From assembly GCA_963803805.1 (NCBI GenBank), contig CAWDOD010000006.1:160001-224000 (forward strand): 64,000 nucleotides of DNA, given 5' to 3'. Shown here in pieces: positions 31,252 to 39,690 of the stretch; position 1 is the first letter of the stretch; every line of letters begins with the position of its first letter. A program made the position numbers and the translations under genes. Below the pieces are notes generated by a model. That model was not told the origin of the DNA, ran no database searches, and was given only the letters and a program-made list of their open reading frames with translations. The stretch is from an uncultured cyanobacterium (lineage in GTDB: Bacteria; Cyanobacteriota; Cyanobacteriia; Cyanobacteriales; CAWCAG01).

Positions 31252-32757
31252 CTATTGATCACGATTAAGGGGTAACAGCACCCGAAAAACTGTTCCCTTG
31301 TCTAATTCAGTCTCTACTTTAATTTCTCCTCCTTGTAACTCTAAGGCATTCTGCACAATAGCTAGCCCTAAGCCAGTGCCTTGAATATTTCCCACATTAC
31401 TGCCACGATAAAAAGAATCAAATAACTTATCTAGTTCTTTTTGAGGAATGCCTATACCCCGATCTTTAATTGTAAAAATTGCTTGTTCCTTTTGTACAGA
31501 AAGACGTAAATCAATGGTTTCTCCTTCCGGGGAGTATTTGAGAGCATTAGAAAGTAAGTTGGTAAGAACTTGCCCCAATAAATTCTCATCTACAACTGCC
31601 CGGAGCTGTTCTTGAGGAGAAGTAAAATGAATAGTTTGATTACTAGTAATACGAACCTTAAGCTGTTCTAGAGTCTCTCGGCAAAAATCAACTAAATCCA
31701 AAGGAACAGGATTAAACTCTAACTTACCTGCTTCAGCTTGACCTACTAACAACATATCATTAAGTAAGGTAATCATTTGGGAAATAGAGGCTTGGATACG
31801 TTGGAAATTTTTGCGTTTTTTAGGCTCTAAATGATCCCCTTCGTATAACTCCAATAATTCAGTGCAGGAACGGATAATAGTTAAGGGAGTACGAAATTCA
31901 TGGGAAACTGTGGAAATGACTTTCGATTTCAATTCATTAACTTCTTCAGACTTTGCCAATGCTTCCTTAACTTTAGCTTCAGCTTTTTTCTGACCATCTA
32001 TATTTCTGCCTTCTGCAATTAACAAAATCACTTTCCCTGTTTTATCCTTAAGGGGTTTAAGGGAAAAATCAATCCATTCAATTCCCCCTCTGGCCCTTTG
32101 CAATTCAATTTCTTGGTGAACTAAATTTCCTTCCCCAGTTCTAAGCACAGCCGTCTGTAACCAATTTTGCAGTTTGGGGGAATAGTTCCAAGCGCTACCT
32201 TCCCAAAAATAGTTATTAATAACTTCTTCTTTGGTAGAATCGCAAAATTGCAACGATGCCCGGTTTATTTCTAAAACCTTCCCTTCTGGGGTTAGTAACG
32301 CCATTAGTTGCAGGGTATTTTCAAAAATAATATAGCGAAAGCGTTCCTCGCTTTCTTCTAGTTGTTGCCGATGTTTGCCCCTTTCTAAGTTATAGGAAAT
32401 AGTTTTTACTAATAGGGGAGTGGTGATGTCACTTTTAACTAAATAATCTTGCGCCCCTTGGTTTAAAGCTGCTAAGGCTAGCTTGCCCTCCGCCTCAGCT
32501 AGTACCACAATGGGGATATTCGGTACAGCTAAATGCAATTTTGTAATAGTCTCTAGATTTTGGGAATCTGGGAGGTTGAGGTCGAGAAATATTAAATCTA
32601 TTGCCCCTTGCTCACAAATTGCGATCGCCTCAGTTGATTTTTGAACTTGTTGCAATTTCCACTCTTGTTTACCTGAACTAACCAATACTTTACGTAGCAA
32701 ACTGGCATCAGTTGGACTATCCCCTACTAAGAGGAGGTGAATTGGTATTTGCTTCAT
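31252..32757 (-). CDS. REC-PAS-histidine kinase
   Basis: N-terminal REC (LDLNLPD), PAS, SHEFRTPLT, NALKYS, GTGLGL. Confidence 0.9.
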   Translation of the reverse strand: MKQIPIHLLLVGDSPTDASLLRKVLVSSGKQEWKLQQVQKSTEAIAICEQGAIDLIFLDLNLPDSQNLETITKLHLAVPNIPIVVLAEAEGKLALAALNQGAQDYLVKSDITTPLLVKTISYNLERGKHRQQLEESEERFRYIIFENTLQLMALLTPEGKVLEINRASLQFCDSTKEEVINNYFWEGSAWNYSPKLQNWLQTAVLRTGEGNLVHQEIELQRARGGIEWIDFSLKPLKDKTGKVILLIAEGRNIDGQKKAEAKVKEALAKSEEVNELKSKVISTVSHEFRTPLTIIRSCTELLELYEGDHLEPKKRKNFQRIQASISQMITLLNDMLLVGQAEAGKLEFNPVPLDLVDFCRETLEQLKVRITSNQTIHFTSPQEQLRAVVDENLLGQVLTNLLSNALKYSPEGETIDLRLSVQKEQAIFTIKDRGIGIPQKELDKLFDSFYRGSNVGNIQGTGLGLAIVQNALELQGGEIKVETELDKGTVFRVLLPLNRDQ

Positions 32758-33205
32758 AGGACTTTCTGGTGCAAGGAGTAACCTAATTGCTTCCTAGCTA
32801 AAATTTTCTGTTTGCCTAACAACGGTAATCTTCAGTTGGTACAATCTCGGTTCATTGCAGCCTATAGCCACTGTTGCCTCAGAGTTTTCCTTGAGTACTC
32901 AAGGAAAAATTACAAGCCATAGGCATTGTAAGGCAAAACTTTAGCTAAGAAAAAGAAAGAAATTACGTAGAAAAGTAACAAACTTCTTTTTGTCAAATCT
33001 CTTACTGGTGGAAAGCTTTCTAAATAGAGCGATCGCGCCCTTTTGTTTTAGCACTATAAAGTCCTTGATCTAGAAATAAATAAGTCCAAATTCGACTTCT
33101 ACAGAGCTTCTAAGATTTGGGTTTGAGGGGATCTCAAGAGCGGAGACGCTTTGCGAAGGCGCTTATGGTTGCCGTAAAGCTATAGTCACTCTTTCACTTT
33201 ATCAA

Positions 33206-34447
33206 TCATCCACCTTTACAAGCGCTCATAATAGTAACAGGATTAAGAGGGCTAAAACGAGTTAATTGAGCGATGGGAAGAGAACGAGATATTTGTACAT
33301 TGAGAAGATGGTAAGACCAATGATTACTTTTGAACCAATTTAAAGCAATATTGAGATGTTCTAAAGTAGCCAAAGCTAGAACAACAATTCCTTGAGCATT
33401 TAACTTGTAATCGCAAACTTCAAGTATTTCTTTTAAGTTGCCACCGCTACCACCAATGAATACTCTATCTGGATTTAGCAAATCTTGCAAAGAATCCGGT
33501 GCTTTTCCTCCTAGGGCAATTATATTACTTACTTGTAATCGCTGACAGTTTTGCTTGATTAAATTAATACCTAAAGCGGTTTTTTCCAAGGCAAATATTC
33601 TAGAATCAGGACAAAGACGAGCAATTTCTATAGCCACAGAACCTGTTCCTGCACCAATATCCCAAATAACTTGCTGGGGTTGTAAAGCTAACTCCCCTAA
33701 AACCATTAAACGAACTTCCCGCTTCGTCATCAATCCGGGACGATCGCTAAAGCTCAAAAAGGCACTATCTGGTAAACCAAATAGAGGTAAGTTTTCTAAA
33801 TTTGGAAAGTGATTGTTGCGTAATAAAATAACGACATTTAGGGGTGAAAAATCCTCTTCTTTTAGCTTTTGTGGGGTGAAAGAAGTGATTTTCTCTTCTT
33901 CTCCTCCTAAATTTTCACAAACCCAAAAATCGTAACTTACAGGTGAATTTAACTCTAAATAAAGACGAGCGATCGCAGCAGGACTATGATCATGATCTGT
34001 CAAGATAGCAATTTTTTCTGTTCCTTCTTTAAAGAGCTTAATCAACTCTTCTAAAGAACGGCCGTGAACACTAACAATTTTGGCATCTTGCCACGGAACC
34101 TTGAGGCGATTAAAAGCTAATTGAATAGAACTAAGATGAGGATAAAAACAGATACTTTCCGAAGGAAATTCTGCTAATAACAATCTTCCTAAACCGAAAA
34201 ATAAAGGATCTCCTGATACTAACACCACAACTCTTTCCTTTGCTTCCCAAAAAGAGTAAAGTCGAGCTATTGCAGTCGCGAAATCCTTTAATACCAAGGA
34301 TTTCCCTTCATATTGAGGAAAATAGCTTAAATGGCGATCGCTCCCTACCAAAACAGTTGCTTGATTAACAATTTCTAAAACTGATACTGTCAAACCCATA
34401 GCACCGTCTAAACCAATACCTACAACTTGAATAGAGTTGTTTGTCAT
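33206..34447 (-). CDS. cbiET: Bifunctional precorrin-6Y methyltransferase/decarboxylase CbiE/CbiT (CobL)
   Basis: VSGDPLFFGLG, SVHGR, MTKREVR, WDIGAGTGSV, FIGGSGG. Confidence 0.92.
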   Translation of the reverse strand: MTNNSIQVVGIGLDGAMGLTVSVLEIVNQATVLVGSDRHLSYFPQYEGKSLVLKDFATAIARLYSFWEAKERVVVLVSGDPLFFGLGRLLLAEFPSESICFYPHLSSIQLAFNRLKVPWQDAKIVSVHGRSLEELIKLFKEGTEKIAILTDHDHSPAAIARLYLELNSPVSYDFWVCENLGGEEEKITSFTPQKLKEEDFSPLNVVILLRNNHFPNLENLPLFGLPDSAFLSFSDRPGLMTKREVRLMVLGELALQPQQVIWDIGAGTGSVAIEIARLCPDSRIFALEKTALGINLIKQNCQRLQVSNIIALGGKAPDSLQDLLNPDRVFIGGSGGNLKEILEVCDYKLNAQGIVVLALATLEHLNIALNWFKSNHWSYHLLNVQISRSLPIAQLTRFSPLNPVTIMSACKGG

Positions 34448-34497
34448 GCCACATTGCTAATTGCTAGTTATTGTTGAAAAGATAATTGATAATTGAA

Positions 34498-35376
34498 TCA
34501 TTGAACGGACTTCTTCTTCCGACGAACACGCCAGAAGAAAATAGCTGCTCCTAAGACTAGCAAATAAGGGCTGTGAACTGCTAACCAAATGCCCAAACGC
34601 AGTAAACCCATCGTCAAGCCTTGGAAAGATTGGGTGGCATTACTCCACGCCTTCTGCATTTGAGAACCCACAGGAGGTTGGGAATTGCTAGCCACAGAAG
34701 CAGTTAAATTGAGGGTAATAGTAGAATAAGCGACTCGGTTAGTTAAATTATCTAGTTGAGCGTCAATTTGCTCAATAGAGCTACGAATATTACTCAACTC
34801 CTTAGCAACTTGTAGAGTATCTCCCATTGAACCAGAACGATCCATAATTTTCAGCAAGGAGTTTTCTGTTTGCCGCAAATTACGCAACCTTGCCTTTACA
34901 TCCACTAACTGATTGCTAACATCCTCAGCAGCAATAGACTCACTCTCCAAAGTACCTAATCCTCTCAAAGCCTCAAGAGTCGGTTCTAAGTTAGCTTGGG
35001 GAACACGGATTTTGAGCAATGCTTGGTGACGACTACCAAAATTTTGGGGTTGGCTATTTTCTAATCCTAAAACATCTCCCTTTTGCTGCTTGGCAATGTC
35101 AGAAGCCCTGTCTAAAGCTTCTTCAATAGATTGCACCTCTAAAGCCAGATCTGCTGTCTTGGCTAACTGAGGTGCAGTTTGGGAGGCTTCTTTGGGTTGC
35201 TCCGGATTTCCTTGTTGAGAGTCAACAGTTGCTGATGACTCTGCAACGCTAGTAGTGACTTCTCCTTCCCCCTGTTCTGCCATTTCCCCAGCAGAACCAC
35301 AACTGACTAACAACATACTAGCAAGTAAGGCACTGAATAAAAATTTAGGTTGGGAAGAAGAAGTAATGGGTTTCAT
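34498..35376 (-). CDS. DUF4349-type lipoprotein
   Basis: Lipobox LVSC, IRVP, EDVSNQLVD..ARL coiled coil, V.YSTI.L, C-terminal TM; start at MKPITSS assumed. Confidence 0.75.
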   Translation of the reverse strand: MKPITSSSQPKFLFSALLASMLLVSCGSAGEMAEQGEGEVTTSVAESSATVDSQQGNPEQPKEASQTAPQLAKTADLALEVQSIEEALDRASDIAKQQKGDVLGLENSQPQNFGSRHQALLKIRVPQANLEPTLEALRGLGTLESESIAAEDVSNQLVDVKARLRNLRQTENSLLKIMDRSGSMGDTLQVAKELSNIRSSIEQIDAQLDNLTNRVAYSTITLNLTASVASNSQPPVGSQMQKAWSNATQSFQGLTMGLLRLGIWLAVHSPYLLVLGAAIFFWRVRRKKKSVQ

Positions 35377-35610
35377 TTGGTATCCCCGATTGATAAGATA
35401 AGCCAAGACTTCCTACATCTTTACTCTAATTTATTCCCGAAATGCTTACTTTTGAATTTTGAATTGACCCTGTTCCCTATCAATTTTCATATTCTTTTCT
35501 CAAAAAAATAAGAGTGTTCCAGATTTAAAATTGCCCCACCCAGAAAACATCTACTGATCTTCCTGTGGCAATGTAGTAGAAAGAAAACGCAAACCCTGCC
35601 TTTTGAACCC

Positions 35611-36270
35611 ATGAGTCAATCTATCTCTTTATCCTGGTCAAAACTAAAGGTTCAAACTCCTAACCAGCCTGTTAGCCCTGAAAAGCTCTCTAACTATGAC
35701 CTAATTGTCTGTTGTCAAGAAGATATTAAACCAGACAAAGCTGCCTTCTCAGAGCTTCTGCGTAGATATCAACCTCACGTAGAAAAGATGTTGTATCATT
35801 TGGCTCCTGATTGGCAAGATAGAGCAGACTTAGCCCAAGAAGTTTGGATCAGGGTTTATCGCAATATCAACCGATTGAAAGAACCAGTTAAGTTTAAGGG
35901 TTGGTTAAGCCGCATTGCCACTAATTTATTTTACGATGAACTGCGTAAGCGTAAAAGAGTTAGTCACCCTCTTTCTCTAGATGCTCCTCGCAAAATGGAT
36001 GATGGAGAAATGGATTGGGAAATAGCTTCTGACTATCCTAGCCCCAATGATAACCTCACAACTAGGGAATTTTACGACCAACTTAAAGTAGCGATCGCCG
36101 AATTACCAGAAGTCTTTAGAACTACCATTATTCTTCGTGAAATAGAAGGATTAGCTTACGAAGAAATTGCTGAAATGACTGAATCCTCCTTGGGTACTGT
36201 CAAATCCAGAATTGCCAGAGCTAGGGCTAGATTACAATCTGAACTTCAAAACTATCTTAAAGAAGATTAG
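35611..36270 (+). CDS. sigG: ECF sigma factor SigG
   Basis: LAPDWQDRADLAQEVWIRVYR, FYDELRKRKR, LGTVKSRIARAR. Confidence 0.9.
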   Translation: MSQSISLSWSKLKVQTPNQPVSPEKLSNYDLIVCCQEDIKPDKAAFSELLRRYQPHVEKMLYHLAPDWQDRADLAQEVWIRVYRNINRLKEPVKFKGWLSRIATNLFYDELRKRKRVSHPLSLDAPRKMDDGEMDWEIASDYPSPNDNLTTREFYDQLKVAIAELPEVFRTTIILREIEGLAYEEIAEMTESSLGTVKSRIARARARLQSELQNYLKED

Positions 36271-36386
36271 TTTCCTCTTTTCGGCAACGATTTTTTGCTC
36301 AGAGCGTCAACATTGATATTAGTATTGTGTGAAGGAGCTTTTATGAAGCTCAGGGTGATTTCTAAAAGTTCCATGGTGATACTACT

Positions 36387-36926
36387 ATGAACCGCAAATT
36401 TGATGCTCGCAAAAATATGAAGCCGTTACAAGATCGGTCAACAGAAATGAACAGCCAAGGGCGGGATCGCTTTGAATTACTAAGTGCTTATTTTGATGGG
36501 GAAGTTACAGCCGCAGAACGTAAGAAAGTACAGAAATGGCTTGATAGCGATCCTCATACCAAGCAACTATACTCTCGTCTACTCAGAATTCGTCACGGTT
36601 TAAAAGCAATGCCTCTACCTACTAGTGAGGTTTCAGCAGAGGAGATTACCAGAAATGTTTGGCGAAAAATTAACCAGCGCCGTCTGCACAATGTCTTAGT
36701 TTGGGGAAGTGGTGCGATCGCAGCTTTGTTTGTGGCTACAATCTCAGGTATAGTTCCCGGAGAATTCTTACCAGGAATGCGCGTTGCTAATTCTCCAGAA
36801 CCACAAAGAGATTTAGAAACTTTGGAAATAGCAGTTAATGAGCCTGCCATAGAAATTCCTAAAGCACCTATATCATCTTCCCAGAAAAGTTTGAATGAAG
36901 AAGATATAGAGAAGGGAATTAGGTAA
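36387..36926 (+). CDS. Anti-sigma factor for SigG
   Basis: RFELLSAYFDGEVT anti-sigma domain plus one TM; directly after sigG. Confidence 0.85.
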   Translation: MNRKFDARKNMKPLQDRSTEMNSQGRDRFELLSAYFDGEVTAAERKKVQKWLDSDPHTKQLYSRLLRIRHGLKAMPLPTSEVSAEEITRNVWRKINQRRLHNVLVWGSGAIAALFVATISGIVPGEFLPGMRVANSPEPQRDLETLEIAVNEPAIEIPKAPISSSQKSLNEEDIEKGIR

Positions 36927-36963
36927 TTAGGTAATAGGTAAATAGGTGGAATTTGCAACTCAT

Positions 36964-36994
36964 GGGGAGGCGATATTGTCGTCTTCCCTATTTT
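36964..36994 (+). terminator. Probable rho-independent terminator
   Basis: GGGGAGGCGATA-T-TGTCGTCTTCCC followed by TATTTT. Confidence 0.55.
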
Positions 36995-37148
36995 GTGGCA
37001 GTTAGCAATTAATATTTCTATCGCAAAAAAATATTTTAAAAATTTCCTGAAAACATCTACAAATTTTAGTATTTTAATTATAAAAATGTCCGGATAGAGT
37101 GAGGAATTTTCTTAATAGATTAGTGTGTAGCAAGGAACCTAAAAATTC

Positions 37149-38297
37149 ATGCGATTATCTAGCCTCACTTTATACACATTAACTGCATTAATTGCAGGTG
37201 GAAATGCTGTTCAAGCTAATGAAAATACCTTGGTTCCAGATTTGGCTGAAGAACCAGAAACACCTGTTGATTTAATAGCAGAAGATGATACAGATGAAAT
37301 TTCTGAAGTAGCAACGCCTCAAACAGAGGTACTTCCTCCAGAAAATCGACTTGCCCAAGTAGAGTTTTCTTCTCAACAAACAGCAACTCAACCTATTGAG
37401 TTAGACCAATTGCCCACCTTAAAAACTTCCACCCAAGCAGAAGAACTAACAGCAGAAACCACTCAACCAGAAAAAACTCAGCTAATTGCTGAATCTCAAG
37501 AATGTAACGCTAACAACTCAAACAGTTCTGAACAGTTTGAGGAAATTGCTTCAACTCAACTCTTAGCCCAAAAGCGGTTTCAACGCTGTCCTCGCCCTTT
37601 AGAAGTTGAACCTTTAGAAGTGCCGGAAGTGGATGCTTTTGCAGCCTCCCCAGCCTTAAGCATTTATATTCCTGTTGGTTATGGTGCGGATCGTAACACC
37701 ATTTTCACTTCCCATAGCTATCAATCTGCGGTCAGAGTAGATGATGGTTCAGTTTATTCGGCCGGGGTTGGAGTTGGTTTAGGAGATGCAGACAAAGCCG
37801 TTGGCGTTGAACTATCCTACGCCTTAGATACCAATAACGCCTTTGGAGATGGGGGTTTTAATACCAAAGTACACAAACGCTTTGGTGATGATTGGTCAGC
37901 CGCTTTAGGTTGGAATGGTTTACTTAATACCAGTCGTCATGACTTTGAGCAATCTTTTTATGGGGCAATCACTAAAGTTTTCCGCACCCAACCTTCCTTA
38001 AATGATACCTTTAGTCGGGTTTCCGTCACAGCCGGATTAGGGGATGGACAGTTTCGTTCTAATGGCGCTGTGGCAGTAGGTGACAACAACATTAACGCTT
38101 TTGGTAATGTTGCGGTTCGTGTAGCCCGTCCTGTGAGTTTAATTGCAGAGTGGACAGGACAAGATTTAGGTTTGGGAGTTTCCATCGCACCCTTTAAAAA
38201 TATTCCTATCGTCATTACCCCAGCCTTGAGAGATGTTGCAGGTGCTGGTAACGGGGCCAGATTTGTGCTTGGTTTGGGCGCATCTTGGAGATTGTAA
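37149..38297 (+). CDS. Secreted / outer-membrane beta-barrel-like hypothetical protein
   Basis: Signal peptide, acidic linker, alternating beta-strand C-terminal region ending ASWRL. Confidence 0.7.
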   Translation: MRLSSLTLYTLTALIAGGNAVQANENTLVPDLAEEPETPVDLIAEDDTDEISEVATPQTEVLPPENRLAQVEFSSQQTATQPIELDQLPTLKTSTQAEELTAETTQPEKTQLIAESQECNANNSNSSEQFEEIASTQLLAQKRFQRCPRPLEVEPLEVPEVDAFAASPALSIYIPVGYGADRNTIFTSHSYQSAVRVDDGSVYSAGVGVGLGDADKAVGVELSYALDTNNAFGDGGFNTKVHKRFGDDWSAALGWNGLLNTSRHDFEQSFYGAITKVFRTQPSLNDTFSRVSVTAGLGDGQFRSNGAVAVGDNNINAFGNVAVRVARPVSLIAEWTGQDLGLGVSIAPFKNIPIVITPALRDVAGAGNGARFVLGLGASWRL

Positions 38298-38322
38298 ATA
38301 TTAAGTTAAGGATGTAAAAATC

Positions 38323-38736
38323 ATGCAGAAACTTCATTCTGTGAGTTTAGCTATCAGCTTATCTTTGATTGCTGGGACAGCCTATACAAATTCTGTTCAA
38401 GCCCAAAGCTATTCTGATATTACAGGTACTAACATTTGGAATAATGTTGCCCCCATTAGCGGTGATGGTTCTCAGTTAGATCCTGAACTCGCCGAAAGGA
38501 TTGAAATGTTGAATCGGGAGTCCGCAGAAGCATACAACGAGTGTAATGCAGCTATAACCCTCGCTGAGCAAAATACTCCCCCCGTCCGTCGTTATTCACG
38601 ACAACCAAATAACAATGTCGCAGTTCCCATTGCTTGTCAGCAATTAGAAGCATTGCGAGTAGAAATGGATGATTTGCGGTTTGCTTTGGCAAATGAGTCT
38701 GAGTTAACTGCGAATACTGATTTTTCTACTTGGTAG
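38323..38736 (+). CDS. Secreted hypothetical protein
   Basis: Signal peptide (VQA), SDITGTNIWNN motif, two Cys. Confidence 0.7.
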   Translation: MQKLHSVSLAISLSLIAGTAYTNSVQAQSYSDITGTNIWNNVAPISGDGSQLDPELAERIEMLNRESAEAYNECNAAITLAEQNTPPVRRYSRQPNNNVAVPIACQQLEALRVEMDDLRFALANESELTANTDFSTW

Positions 38737-38802
38737 AGGAACGGCTAAGTGCGGTGCGACCCCAAAGCCGACAAGTGCAAGGGAACGCGCACCGGTTGCT
38801 AA

Positions 38803-39453
38803 TTGAAGGAATATTTTGGAGAGATGAAACAGAAAACTTTAAAGAACTATTCGTTGTTTTTCAGCGTGATCGCCACGGGGTTATTTAGCTTTTTGGCAAC
38901 CCCTAGCCAAGCACAAGACTTTTTTTCTAATCAAAGTATTGAGTTTGAAGAAGATACTGTTGTTGAGTTTGAATTTATTCAATCCCACGGTTCTTATCAA
39001 GCTACTTTGGGTATTAAAGATGAAACCACCGGAGAAGAAACGGTATTATTCCGGGAAACTCAACCCTACGATAGTTTTGGTTCTTTCACTGCTGAAAGAA
39101 GTTCTACAGGTAACAATGATTTGGGAACTCAAACAGATTTCGTTGGTACGGTAGAAGGGGGAACAGTTCAAAATCGCTTTAGCGAACAACTATTCAAAGC
39201 TGGACGCAAATACTCTTTCTTTTTAGAATCAGTGAGTCCCACAGGACAAACCAGAAGAACTGTGGTTTCTACCCAAAACTTTGCCCGCTTTAACGGTAAT
39301 CTAGATGGTGGTGCAGTTGGCAGTAGAACTGGTACACAACTAGCTTGGGAAGATGGCGGACAAGTTGAGGTCGGTAATGACAGCGATTTCGATGATTTCG
39401 TCATTGAAGCTGGAGGTTATTTAATTGATATTATTTGTCCGCCTTTTGAGTAA
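38803..39453 (+). CDS. Secreted protein, DUF4114-like
   Basis: Signal peptide (start possibly ATG 38824); C-terminal WEDGG...DSDFDDFV motif. Confidence 0.65.
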   Translation: MKEYFGEMKQKTLKNYSLFFSVIATGLFSFLATPSQAQDFFSNQSIEFEEDTVVEFEFIQSHGSYQATLGIKDETTGEETVLFRETQPYDSFGSFTAERSSTGNNDLGTQTDFVGTVEGGTVQNRFSEQLFKAGRKYSFFLESVSPTGQTRRTVVSTQNFARFNGNLDGGAVGSRTGTQLAWEDGGQVEVGNDSDFDDFVIEAGGYLIDIICPPFE

Positions 39454-39489
39454 TTGCTAATGGCTAGTTGCTAATGGCTAGTTGCAATA

Positions 39490-39551
39490 GTAGGGGCGGG
39501 TTTTGAGTTAAATTGTGAGATCAACATTAAATTAAATAAACCCGCCCTAAC
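39490..39551. repeat. GTAG-type REP-like inverted repeat
   Basis: GTAGGGGCGGGTTT...AAACCCGCCCTAAC. Confidence 0.7.
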
Positions 39552-39590
39552 ACACAATTTTGCTATGGAATACATCACTACCTCCATCGC

Positions 39591-39647
39591 TGTCGAAATA
39601 TAGTGTCTTTTTCTAAAAAAAATCTCAAACAACACTACATATAGCGT
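39591..39647. promoter_or_regulatory. Tandem NrdR-like boxes
   Basis: TGTCGAAATATAGTGT (39591, 11/16) and ACACTACATATAGCGT (39632, 14/16) versus consensus acaCwAtATaTwGtgt; 41 bp apart. Confidence 0.6.
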
Positions 39648-39690
39648 ATGATTTGTAAGTTCCCCATACTTGAGTCAATTATCTTTCGCC

